Source: Planctomycetota bacterium (GTDB lineage: Bacteria; Planctomycetota; B15-G4; JADJEK01). From it: a DNA stretch of 64,000 bases. Positions 1-9,004 of this stretch are shown here, in pieces. The position numbers were made by a program, and so were the translations under genes. The notes under the pieces were generated by a model. That model did not search any database. It was not told the DNA's origin and saw only the letters and a program-made list of their open reading frames with translations. The stretch spans positions 1 to 64,000 of the forward strand of contig JBGAIQ010000016.1 in the NCBI GenBank assembly GCA_044225365.1, read 5' to 3'. Position 1 is the stretch's first letter. Each line of letters begins with the position of its first letter.

Positions 1-81
1 TAAACCACCGAACCGCCGTGTACGGACCCGTACGCACGGTGGTGTGACAGGGACAGCCCGTGAGGGCCTACCTATGTCGAT
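1..81 (+). mobile_element. 3' end (domains V and VI) of a class IIC group II intron; the rest of the intron and its RT ORF lie upstream of the window
   Basis: DV: ACCGCCGUG(12-20)/CACGGUGGU(35-43) lower stem with CGC catalytic triad (14-16), CG bulge (33-34), UACG/CGUA upper stem. DVI: GACA(46-49)/UGUC(75-78), bulged A74, GCCC-GUGA-GGGC tip. Terminal AU (AY) at 80-81. TAA at 1-3 may be the stop of the intron-encoded ORF. Confidence 0.93.
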
Positions 82-110
82 ATTTCTTCTCTTTTCCCAA
101 AACGCTCAGA

Positions 111-195
111 GTGGGGCGGCGCGAGGAAGTCCGCGAGCGGAGCATGCGCGGTCTTCCGCGCGCGGAGCCGAGCGGAGCTTCCTTGCGCCCACCAC
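111..195. repeat. Imperfect hairpin containing a 58-nt core that recurs at 12299-12356
   Basis: GTGGGGCGGCGCGAGGAAG...CTTCCTTGCGCCCACCAC inverted arms. Core 125-182 matches 12299-12356 at 48/58 positions by manual alignment. Confidence 0.75.
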
Positions 196-288
196 GTCGA
201 GCGCACGACCTCCGCCGCCGCAGGCAATCCAAACCTAGTGCCCGCACGGCTGGCGGGCGAACGCCAGGACGGCCCTGCGGCCCGAGCT

Positions 289-1461
289 CTACACCCCAAA
301 CCGATGAATCATGTGGTGCCGGTATTCCTCGCCGGGGCGCAGCACGACGGAGGGGAAGTTCTTGTGGTGAATGGCGTCGGGGTATTTCTGGCTCTCGAGG
401 CAGAAGCCCTGATGCTGCTGGTAGACCGCGCCGCCCTTGCCCTTCAGCGTGCCGTCGAGGAAGTTGCCGGAGTAGAACTGGAGTCCGGGTTGATCGGACT
501 CGACTTCGAGGGTTCGGCCGGATCGAGGGTCGGACACACGTGCGCAGATGCGCATCTTGCCGTCGGCGCCGTCGACGCAGAAGTTGAGGTCGTAGCCGCC
601 GCCGTGACCCGCGTCCTTCTCTGCCTTCAGCTTCGCGATGTCCTGTCCGATCGGCTTTCCGCGCAGGAAGTCGAACGGCGTTCCCGCGACGGAGACGATC
701 TCGCCGGTCGGGATCAACGTGCCGTTCGCGGGAGTGTAGTTCGAGCACGGGAGGGTCACGCGATGGCCGAGGACGTCGCCCGAGTCGTGGCCCCCGAGAT
801 TCCAGTAGGTGTGATGGGCGAGGTTGCACAGGGTCGGCGCGCTCGTCGTCGCCCGCATGTTGACGGCGAACTCGCCCTTCGCGGTGAGGATGTACTCGAC
901 CACCGCCGTGAGCGTGCCGGGGTATCCCTCGTCGCCATCGGGCGACACGAGCGTGAGCGCGACGCCGCGTCCGCCCATCGAATCCGTCGGCATCGGCACG
1001 GCGGTCCAGACTTGTTTGTCGAAGCCGACCTTTCCGCCGTGGAGATGGTTCGGACCGTTGTTCGTCGCGAGGCGATAGCTCTTGCCGTCGAGGTCGAACG
1101 TGCCTTCGGCGATGCGATTGGCGCAGCGGCCCGCAATGGCGCCGAAGTACGGCGAACCGGCGACGTAGCCCTGGACGTCATCGAAACCGAGCGTGATGTC
1201 GCCGAGCTTCCCCGACTTGTCCTTGGTGAGGATCGAGGTGACGATCGCCCCGTAGTTCGTGAACTTCAGGACCGTGCCGTTCTCGTGCGTGAGCGTGAAG
1301 AGATCGACTTTCTTTCCGCCGACTTCGCCGAACGGTTTCGTCTCGAGCGCAACCGATCCCATACTGCCTCCGAGGCCTTTCATGCCGCTGCAACCCGCGG
1401 CCAACGTCGCCGCGCCGGCCGCCAGGAACGTGCGACGGTCCATGGAGAAGGACGACTTCAT
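289..1461 (-). CDS. galM: Aldose 1-epimerase (galactose mutarotase), Tat-exported lipoprotein
   Basis: Motifs GAIAGRCANRI, NHLHGG, GYPG, NLAHHTYWNL, QFYSGNFL, GFCLESQ.YPD. N-terminal RRTFL and LAAGC. Alternative start at 1443. Confidence 0.92.
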   Translation of the reverse strand: MKSSFSMDRRTFLAAGAATLAAGCSGMKGLGGSMGSVALETKPFGEVGGKKVDLFTLTHENGTVLKFTNYGAIVTSILTKDKSGKLGDITLGFDDVQGYVAGSPYFGAIAGRCANRIAEGTFDLDGKSYRLATNNGPNHLHGGKVGFDKQVWTAVPMPTDSMGGRGVALTLVSPDGDEGYPGTLTAVVEYILTAKGEFAVNMRATTSAPTLCNLAHHTYWNLGGHDSGDVLGHRVTLPCSNYTPANGTLIPTGEIVSVAGTPFDFLRGKPIGQDIAKLKAEKDAGHGGGYDLNFCVDGADGKMRICARVSDPRSGRTLEVESDQPGLQFYSGNFLDGTLKGKGGAVYQQHQGFCLESQKYPDAIHHKNFPSVVLRPGEEYRHHMIHRFGV

Positions 1462-1553
1462 TTCGTGGGATGACGTCATACGCGGTGCTCCTCGTGGCCG
1501 AATCTTCTTTTGGAATGCCGAATCGTGCGGACTCTATCGCGATCGCGGAGCGG

Positions 1554-2453
1554 TCACCAGTTGTCGACTTCGAAGATGCGCTTCGCGGCGAGGGCTTCGT
1601 TCTCCTTGGGCACGCATTCGAGCCCGACATGGCTGGTGTAGCCGAGCGCCTTCAGCTCCTGGAGGACGCGCGTCCAATTCACTTCACCGGTCGTGGGCTC
1701 GTTGCGTCCCGGAACATCGGCGAGCTGGACGTACCCGATCTGGTCGATGCCCTCGCGCAAGTGTCCGCACAGATCGCCCTCGCTGATCTGCATGTGGTAG
1801 AGGTCCCACAGGATCTTCACGTGCGATGACTTCACCTCGCGCACGATCTTGAGGGGCTTCTCGCTGCCGTAGAGGCAATGGCCCTTGTGATCGACGCGGA
1901 TGTTCATCGGCTCGAGGACGAGCGTGAGATCGTTCGCTTCCGCGATCGGCGCCGCGCGCTTCAGTGCGACGATCACGTTGGCGTGCATCTCTTCCTGCGT
2001 CATTCCCTTCACATCGTTACCCGCCACGACGCAGGCCTTCTTCACGTGCCAGCGCTTCGCGAGCTTGCACGCATCCTCGAGCTGTCGCAGGAAGGCGTCG
2101 TGGTTCTTCGTCTCGTTGAGTCCGGGCGTGAAACCCCACGCGGTGAATTGCGTGATCTCGACGCCGTACTGCTCGCTCGCCTTCAGGATCTTGTCGGCGT
2201 CCTTGCTGCGGAAGTCCCACAGCTCCGCCGCGGTGTAACCGAACTCGGCGGCGGCCTTGAAGCGCTCCTCGTAGGGGCGATCGGACCACCACATCTCGAG
2301 GTTCGCCGCGAACTTCGTGTTCTTCGTCTTGCCCGGTTTCTCGCCGGCGAGAAGACCGGACGACGCAAGGGCCGATGGGGCGAAAGGAAGTGCAGCGAGC
2401 GAAGTGAGCACGTTGCGACGCGGGACCCGGCGCATGCGATTCTCCGAATTCAT
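1554..2453 (-). CDS. Hydroxypyruvate isomerase / xylose-isomerase-like TIM-barrel protein with Tat-like signal
   Basis: FAANLEMWW, LVLEPMN..VDH.G, WDLYHMQISEG, VQLADVPGRNEPTTGEVN, VGLE; RRNVL signal. Confidence 0.88.
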   Translation of the reverse strand: MNSENRMRRVPRRNVLTSLAALPFAPSALASSGLLAGEKPGKTKNTKFAANLEMWWSDRPYEERFKAAAEFGYTAAELWDFRSKDADKILKASEQYGVEITQFTAWGFTPGLNETKNHDAFLRQLEDACKLAKRWHVKKACVVAGNDVKGMTQEEMHANVIVALKRAAPIAEANDLTLVLEPMNIRVDHKGHCLYGSEKPLKIVREVKSSHVKILWDLYHMQISEGDLCGHLREGIDQIGYVQLADVPGRNEPTTGEVNWTRVLQELKALGYTSHVGLECVPKENEALAAKRIFEVDNW

Positions 2454-2506
2454 GGGGCGGTCGACGGGATGTTCGAGGGGCAGGATACCGGGACGATCGA
2501 ACCGAT

Positions 2507-3040
2507 TCAGCTTCGAACGTAGATGCCGTCCGCGACGATCGTGACGTTGCCCTTCGCATCGGTTTCGACCTTGCCCTTGACCACGACGTGCTTCAAGTGA
2601 TCGAAACCGAAGTTCCCGAGGAGCGAGGCGGTGAGCGGGGAATTCGTGTTGCCGCGGACCTCGACGCTCACGAGCTTCTTCGCGAGTTCGGTTGGATCGT
2701 CGCAGCAGAAATCCCACGGGGTCGTGCAGGAGTCCGCCGCTCCTGCCTTCTCGTTGCAGGCCTTCATCGACGCGTCGACGAGCATGAAGGCGGCCCGACC
2801 TTCGACGACCTCTTGCACGCGTCCGTGTACCACGACGCTCTCGCCCGCCTTGGCCGTGGCGCGCGCCGCTTCGACTTCGATCGAGTTCGTCGGTTCCGCG
2901 GCAAGCACGTAGGGCTTCACTGCGTCCGCGTTACCGCCGGGTTTCGCCCCGTCGGAGGACTTCCCGCACGCGAGCACGCCGGCGAGGAACGGGAGGAACG
3001 AAGCGGTGAGGAGGCGGCGGCGGGAGGAGCTTGGCATCAT
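2507..3040 (-). CDS. Exporter-associated lipoprotein (OB-fold-like, Cys-rich)
   Basis: Lipobox VLAC; VVVHGRV...AFMLVD; C..PWDFCC. Last gene of the exporter operon. Confidence 0.65.
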   Translation of the reverse strand: MMPSSSRRRLLTASFLPFLAGVLACGKSSDGAKPGGNADAVKPYVLAAEPTNSIEVEAARATAKAGESVVVHGRVQEVVEGRAAFMLVDASMKACNEKAGAADSCTTPWDFCCDDPTELAKKLVSVEVRGNTNSPLTASLLGNFGFDHLKHVVVKGKVETDAKGNVTIVADGIYVRS

Positions 3041-3063
3041 GGGTCCGAACCTTCAGTAAGGGA

Positions 3064-4224
3064 TCAGTCGCGGCGTAGCTTCGCGGCAATGGATCCGCCG
3101 AGAGCGGAGATCAGCGCGGGCAGAGCTGCAATTTGACAGAGTGTCAGCGTGAATAGGAATCCCAAGGCAATGTGCCCAGAGTCGAGTTCGAGTCGAACAG
3201 CGGTCATGGCGATCGGGACGGCAGCATTCACGAGGAGGAATCGAGCCACCGTGCCGCCGAGGAGGGCGCCACACGCGCCGCAGACGAGCGCTTCGAGGAG
3301 GATGGATCGGGCGACCGCACCGGAGTCGTATCCGATCGCGCGCAACGTAGCGATCTCGACGGAGCGTTCCCGAACGATCGCAGCGAGAGTCGTCGCTCCG
3401 GTGATGAACGTCGCGATCGCGATGAGGATCGCCATGGTGAGCGCGAGGACCCTCACGGGCGCAAAATAACGAGCGAGCGAGGAATAGAAATCCGTCGTTC
3501 GCAGCGCCGAAAGTTCGAGATCGAGTCGTCGGCGGCAGAACAGTTCGACGTCAGGGAAGTCACCTGCCGAATCGAGCGCGACGAAGAGGCAGGAGATCGT
3601 GGTGCGCCGTGTGGCTGACATGAGCGTTTCGAGCGGCGTCCAGATCTCGGCGTCGATCGCCGAACCGGGGGCGGTGAAGTGTCCGACGATCGTGAGAGGG
3701 CGCCCATCGATCGTGATGCGGCTTCCGATCGCCAGGTGATCGCTCGTGATTCCCATGCGTTCACCGGCGAGCGATCCGACCATGGCCTCCGACGGTCCAG
3801 GGGTGCGACCCCGAAGGATCGTGACTTCGGGGTGCAGACGATACGCGAGGTCGGTGACTCCGCGCAGGAGGGCGGGGTGGGGTCGACTCGATCCATCGAG
3901 GATGACGTCGACTCCCATCGTCACCTCGGGCGAGATCAGGGCGTGGCCGCCGTCTTCCTTCACTCCGCGAACTCCAGATGCGAGTTCGCTGCCTACCGCA
4001 AGATCGATTTCGGAGCGAAGAGTGTCGTTCTCCGCAGACTTGCCCATCACGATCGCGACGTCATTGCGTCCGAGTGTGCGGAAGCTGGATTCGAGTGCGC
4101 TGGAGAAAGCGAGTGCTCCCAGCACGAGGGCGGTCGCGAGCGAACACGCGACGATCGCGAGGGCCGTGCGGAGCGGCTTGCGCAGGAGATTGGTGAGGCA
4201 GTAGTCGAGCGGCAGCGAGCGCAT
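3064..4224 (-). CDS. ABC transporter permease (FtsX/MacB family)
   Basis: NLLRKPLRTAL TM1, large periplasmic domain, VRERSVEIATLRAIGY, three C-terminal TM helices. Confidence 0.9.
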   Translation of the reverse strand: MRSLPLDYCLTNLLRKPLRTALAIVACSLATALVLGALAFSSALESSFRTLGRNDVAIVMGKSAENDTLRSEIDLAVGSELASGVRGVKEDGGHALISPEVTMGVDVILDGSSRPHPALLRGVTDLAYRLHPEVTILRGRTPGPSEAMVGSLAGERMGITSDHLAIGSRITIDGRPLTIVGHFTAPGSAIDAEIWTPLETLMSATRRTTISCLFVALDSAGDFPDVELFCRRRLDLELSALRTTDFYSSLARYFAPVRVLALTMAILIAIATFITGATTLAAIVRERSVEIATLRAIGYDSGAVARSILLEALVCGACGALLGGTVARFLLVNAAVPIAMTAVRLELDSGHIALGFLFTLTLCQIAALPALISALGGSIAAKLRRD

Positions 4225-4242
4225 GATGGTTCGTTCGTGCCG

Positions 4243-5400
4243 TCAGGCCTTGAGGGAGGAAGCGACGTTCACGCGCGTCGCGAGGAGCGCCGGAACGGCC
4301 GATGCGAGGAGTGCTGCCAGCATCGTGACTCCGACGGGTGCGATGAATCCCAGAGGCGACGGGTCGAGTGCGATGGGGATACCTTCGATCCCGACGGTGA
4401 GGCGTACGATGTTGGCGAGAAGGAAGGATGCGCTGCTGCCGAGCCATGCGCCGGCGAGCGTCAATCCCGAGGATTCGAGCAAGAGCATCATGAATACGTC
4501 GCGCTGCTCGTATCCGATCGAGAAGAACACGGCGTGTTCTCGGTGGCGTTCTTCCGCCGACAAGAGCGAGGCATTGAGCAGGAGGACGCAGAGCACGAGA
4601 ACGCAGATCTTGCCGAAAGCGCGCGCGAATTCGATGAGACCCGCGAGCTCCTTCGTCTCGCGCTTCAGGAATTCCGAGCGCAGGAAGGTCTGGGTGGGGA
4701 CCTCGCGCGACGCGAGTCGTGAATCGATCTCGCGGGCAATGGCATCGCCGTCTGCGCCCTCCTCGATCCTGACATCGAACTGAGTCACGATTCCGGTCTC
4801 ACCCGAATCGAGCGTTCGTTGCAGGTAGGGCAGGTGGACATAGACGACACTGTCCTGCACTCGATCGCGTGCCCGAAAGATCCCTGCGATCTTGACATCG
4901 ACGAGCCCGAAGCGAAATGCGCTGCCTACATGTACGCCGCGACGCGAGGCGAGGGCTTCACCGACGAGTGCGGCGCCGGGATCCGCGATGAACGACGCGA
5001 CGGAACCTTCGACCAACGCGATGTCGCCCCCCGACTCGAGCTGTCGCGCCGCGTCGGGCGGGATTCCCTGGAAGAGCAGGAGATCGAGATTGGCGCGGCA
5101 GTTGTTCATGTAGACCCGCATCGGGATTGCGCTCTCGACCCCTGGGATCGCCTCGATCGTCGCCCGATAGGGCTCGGGCAGTCGTGAAGTCTGTGGGCAA
5201 TAACGATTCGCTCGGTACACCACGAGCATGCGACTCGTCGCATCCGAAGCGAGAGCGCGCTGAAAGCCGCGCGCAAAACTCTCGATCGACGAGAACAGGA
5301 AGATCGCGAGCGCAACGCCGAAGATCGATGCGATCGACCGCAAAGGGCGCCTGCGTGCGTTTCGCCACGCAATGCGGAACCAAAGTCGCCACGCCGTCAT
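4243..5400 (-). CDS. ABC transporter permease (FtsX/MacB family), second subunit
   Basis: ATG at 5400 ([22 protein letters not shown]) overlapping the upstream stop; EERHREHAVFFSIGY motif. Confidence 0.9.
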   Translation of the reverse strand: MTAWRLWFRIAWRNARRRPLRSIASIFGVALAIFLFSSIESFARGFQRALASDATSRMLVVYRANRYCPQTSRLPEPYRATIEAIPGVESAIPMRVYMNNCRANLDLLLFQGIPPDAARQLESGGDIALVEGSVASFIADPGAALVGEALASRRGVHVGSAFRFGLVDVKIAGIFRARDRVQDSVVYVHLPYLQRTLDSGETGIVTQFDVRIEEGADGDAIAREIDSRLASREVPTQTFLRSEFLKRETKELAGLIEFARAFGKICVLVLCVLLLNASLLSAEERHREHAVFFSIGYEQRDVFMMLLLESSGLTLAGAWLGSSASFLLANIVRLTVGIEGIPIALDPSPLGFIAPVGVTMLAALLASAVPALLATRVNVASSLKA

Positions 5401-6089
5401 GAAGGTGCTCCGGCGGTCGACTCTTCGAGCCGACCCTTGACGAGTTCGACCCGGCGTGTGCCGTAGTGCGCCGCGTGCTGGTCGTGCGTGACCATGACGA
5501 GAGTCTTCGCTCTCTCTCGTTGCAATCGGCGAAGCAGGTCGAGCACGTTCGATGCGGCTTCGGCGTCGAGAGCACCGGTGGGTTCGTCGACGAGCAGGAG
5601 CGGTGGATCGGCGACGATTGCGCGCGCGATCGCGACACGCTGTTCCTGACCGCCCGACAATTGACGTGGAAGATGGTCCGCTCGCTCGGCGAGTCCGACG
5701 AGGGAGAGTGCGAACGAGACTCGCTTCTCGCGCTCGGGGCGCGGGAGGGGGAAGAGGAACAGTGGCAATTCGACGTTCTCGAAGGCGGTGAGGGTGGGGA
5801 CGAGATGGGCCTGCTGGAAGACGTATCCAACGTTGGCGGCGCGCCAACGCGTGGCATCGCGAGTGGAGAGCGCATTGACGATCGTCGTGTCGACCTGGAT
5901 CGTCCCTGAATCGGGATGCATCAATCCGGAGAGGAGGTGGAGGAGCGTCGTCTTTCCCGAGCCCGAAGGGCCGAGCATGACGATGAATTCTCCCTTCGCG
6001 ATGCCCAGCGACACGCGATCGAGAACAGTCACGCTCGAGTCACCGCGTCGATAGGAACAAGTCACTTCGGTGAGGTCGATGAAGGTCAT
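5397..6089 (-). CDS. ABC transporter ATP-binding protein (LolD/MacB-like)
   Basis: Walker A GPSGSGKT, signature [14 protein letters not shown], Walker [16 protein letters not shown]. Confidence 0.95.
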   Translation of the reverse strand: MTFIDLTEVTCSYRRGDSSVTVLDRVSLGIAKGEFIVMLGPSGSGKTTLLHLLSGLMHPDSGTIQVDTTIVNALSTRDATRWRAANVGYVFQQAHLVPTLTAFENVELPLFLFPLPRPEREKRVSFALSLVGLAERADHLPRQLSGGQEQRVAIARAIVADPPLLLVDEPTGALDAEAASNVLDLLRRLQRERAKTLVMVTHDQHAAHYGTRRVELVKGRLEESTAGAPS

Positions 6090-7585
6090 GGTGAGCCCTC
6101 GACCCGGACTCGATCTCCGGGAACGACGCTCGGGGTCAGGATCACCTTGTCGCTGAGGTCGAGGCCGGACGTGACCTCCACCCGATCGCCGTCGCCGCCG
6201 ATGGACACGATCGCCCGCGATTCGGCTCGTTCGCCGGACGGATCGAGTACGAGCACGCTGCCGTTCATTCGTAGCGCCGCGCGCGGAATCGTCACGCTTC
6301 GCGACCCTCCCGTCGCTCGAGTTCCCTCGTCCGCGAGGATCTCCACCTGACACAGTCGCTCGGGTACGAGGTCCTCGCCACCCTCGAGGATGCGAACGTG
6401 CGCACGAAGCGTGATCTTCTGGATGTCGGCTTCCGCGGAGATGCGCGAAACCTCGCCGAGATGGACGCGATCACTTCCCTCGGGGCGGATTCGCGCCTTT
6501 TGTCCGACCTTCACGCGCGAGATCGATCCGAGCGGTATGTCGACACGGGCTCGTAGGTGTTCCCGAGCGAAGAGGACGATCGCGCCGTGTTCGGGGTTGG
6601 CCGGGTCACCCGGTCGAACGTGCACCGACTGCACGACACCATCGATCGGTGAAACGAGACGCGTGCGCGCGAGTCGCAGTCGATCGCGCTCGGCCCTTGC
6701 GCTCGCGCCGGCTGCGACGGCGCGAGCGGATTCCGCGACGCCTCGGGACTCGGCGAGCCGGTCCTTCAACGCTGTGCGAGCGACCAGTTCGGCGCTCGCG
6801 CGTTGGACCGCGGCCGCGGCTTTGTCGCGTAATGCCGAGGCGAGCGCCGCCTCCGCGCGCGCGGCGCTCTCGCTCGCTCGAGCGCTGGCGAGTCGCGCAG
6901 CTTGCACCTCGACCTGCTTGCTGCCCGTCGTGCCCGTCTTCGCGAGTTCGACTTCCCGTTCGTATTCCGCGAGAGCCACGGCGGTCTGCGCGATCGCGCC
7001 GGAGACGGCAGCTTCACGCAGAGCGGCGTTCTGTTCCTGCCCCGCGAGTTCTGCGCGGGCTTCGGTGACAGCACCCTCGAGAGCGATCGCCCGATCGAGC
7101 GCATCCTGTGCGAGTGCTCGGCGCTCTTCCGCCGCCACGACCTCCACGCTTCTCGCTACGGAGTCGGACTCGGATTCGCGAAGCGCGAGGCTCGCTTCGG
7201 CGTCGTCGAGCGTCGCGAGCACGGTCCCTTCCCTTACGACATCTCCGCTCTCGACCAAGATCTTCGCGAACACTCCCTGTACGAACGGAGTGACGACGAC
7301 CGGATACGGATCGGCCTCGAGGAAGCTCGCAACTTGGAGGGCCACGGTGCCGCGGGCTGCGTCTCCCCCGCTTGCGATCGGGCGAACGATCGTGACGATC
7401 GTTCGCGGAGAGAGAGCGTCGAATGCCCGCTCGCCGAGTAGCGCGACGAAGCCGATGAGGATCAGGCCGACGGCGACGCGCGGCCCGATCCGTCGCGATC
7501 GCCGGGGAGCCGGCGCAGGTCGCTCGAACCGCGAGAGGTCCGATGGGGCATCTGTTGGTCGTGATGCTTCCGGTTCGTCGTTCAT
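6086..7585 (-). CDS. Periplasmic adaptor / membrane fusion protein (MacA/HlyD-like)
   Basis: N-terminal TM, lipoyl half-motifs (ILVESGDVVREGTVLATLDD; LVSPIDGVV), long coiled coil, C-terminal VTSGLDLSDKVI. ATGA overlaps with neighbours. Confidence 0.88.
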   Translation of the reverse strand: MNDEPEASRPTDAPSDLSRFERPAPAPRRSRRIGPRVAVGLILIGFVALLGERAFDALSPRTIVTIVRPIASGGDAARGTVALQVASFLEADPYPVVVTPFVQGVFAKILVESGDVVREGTVLATLDDAEASLALRESESDSVARSVEVVAAEERRALAQDALDRAIALEGAVTEARAELAGQEQNAALREAAVSGAIAQTAVALAEYEREVELAKTGTTGSKQVEVQAARLASARASESAARAEAALASALRDKAAAAVQRASAELVARTALKDRLAESRGVAESARAVAAGASARAERDRLRLARTRLVSPIDGVVQSVHVRPGDPANPEHGAIVLFAREHLRARVDIPLGSISRVKVGQKARIRPEGSDRVHLGEVSRISAEADIQKITLRAHVRILEGGEDLVPERLCQVEILADEGTRATGGSRSVTIPRAALRMNGSVLVLDPSGERAESRAIVSIGGDGDRVEVTSGLDLSDKVILTPSVVPGDRVRVEGSP

Positions 7586-8934
7586 GGCTTCGAACCCTCC
7601 GCATCGTTGGGCGAAGGGGCACTGAACTCGACTTCGACTCGCGCTTCGATCACGGCGCGCTCGCTCGAGTTCCTCTCGACGAGGGCCTTCACGCACTCGG
7701 ATGCCATTCGCAACCAATCCGACGCACGTCCCGGATCCGCGAAGTAGCGTGATCGCGCCGCGACCTCGGCGCGACTCGATGCCTGACAACCTGTCGTTGC
7801 CGCGTCCTGAGCAAGGAGTGCGCGCTCCAGTCGCAATGCGTCGAGGCCACGCTTTCGATCGATTTCGCCGATCGTCTGGTCGAGTTTCGTGCGGATCGCG
7901 TCGCGTTCGATCGTGCGGGATCGAATCGCGGAGTCGACACGTCTCCAGTCCTCGATTCGCAGCGAGAGAATCGACCCGAGGAACGTCGCGTCGACATCGA
8001 ACTCCGCGGAGGGACCCATGCGCAGTTCGGGCCACCGCTCTGCGGCTGCAAGCCTCAATCGCGCCTCCGCGACGCCGAGTTCCGTGATCCTCACTGCGAT
8101 CTCCGGGTGGACGCCTTCCGGTTCGAGTCGCGGTGGCCGTGGGGCGACGAGCCCTTCCGCAGGGTCGCATACGAATCCCGTTTCGACGGCGACCTCGTCG
8201 CGCAGGTCATCGACTTGCCGAATCGCGACGGCTCTCTCTCTCTCGATCGCGCTCGCGACGGTGATCGCTTCGGACGCGTCGGCTTCGCCGAGCCAACCCA
8301 TCCGCGCAAGTTGCCGCGTGCGTGCAAGCGCCGGCCGGAGTTCCGTGGCGTATTCGACGAGAGCGACGTCGAGTTCCTCGAACGCTTCGATCAGGAGCAA
8401 GGCGCGACGAACACGAATCGTTGCGAGGAATCGTTCCCTTCGCAGTTCTGCCGCCGCAAGGAGTGCATCGGCGTGCGCGGTGATTTCGGTCGCACGAGCG
8501 CGACCGACGCCGAGCAGTCGAACGAGATCGAACCCGAGTTCGACGCTCGCGCGGTGTTCGCCGTCGCGCGATGTCAGGAGTCCTGAGTCCAGGTCGATGT
8601 CGAAAGCTGCGCTCGCCACCTCGTCGCGCTGGAGTGCGATCTTCAGCCCGGCACGCTTCTCGACGATGCGAGGCGAGTGCGCATCCAGCGCCATCTCGAC
8701 GCGATTCTCGGGTGGGGTTGCGGCAAGCTCTCTCGCCGCCGCCGCCACATTGCCTCGAGCCGTTGCGACGATGGATTCAGGCGCATCGACGAGTGCGATG
8801 TCGGCCCCGCCACATCCAAGGAGGAGGAGGGGCACGATCGCGACCGTCTTCGCGATCGAATGGGGGAGATCGAGGAATCGATGGGACCCGGACTGGGCGA
8901 ACGCCTTCGGGCATTGCCGTAATCGCAATGGCAT
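7582..8934 (-). CDS. Divergent TolC-family outer-membrane channel (lipoprotein)
   Basis: LLLLGC lipobox, helical repeats, HPEI...AEARLRLAAAERWPEL motif; position upstream of the adaptor. Confidence 0.75.
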   Translation of the reverse strand: MPLRLRQCPKAFAQSGSHRFLDLPHSIAKTVAIVPLLLLGCGGADIALVDAPESIVATARGNVAAAARELAATPPENRVEMALDAHSPRIVEKRAGLKIALQRDEVASAAFDIDLDSGLLTSRDGEHRASVELGFDLVRLLGVGRARATEITAHADALLAAAELRRERFLATIRVRRALLLIEAFEELDVALVEYATELRPALARTRQLARMGWLGEADASEAITVASAIERERAVAIRQVDDLRDEVAVETGFVCDPAEGLVAPRPPRLEPEGVHPEIAVRITELGVAEARLRLAAAERWPELRMGPSAEFDVDATFLGSILSLRIEDWRRVDSAIRSRTIERDAIRTKLDQTIGEIDRKRGLDALRLERALLAQDAATTGCQASSRAEVAARSRYFADPGRASDWLRMASECVKALVERNSSERAVIEARVEVEFSAPSPNDAEGSKP

Positions 8935-9004
8935 GGATCACTCCGCTGCAACGATTCGAGGTTCGCCGACTCCGCGTTCGGCGAGCGAGCGACGCCGCCG
9001 CGGC

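Noticed and set aside
82-288. attC site or integron cassette as the target of the IIC intron
   Set aside because: The 111-195 hairpin lacks RYYYAAC/GTTRRRY ends, and no cassette array or integrase is visible.
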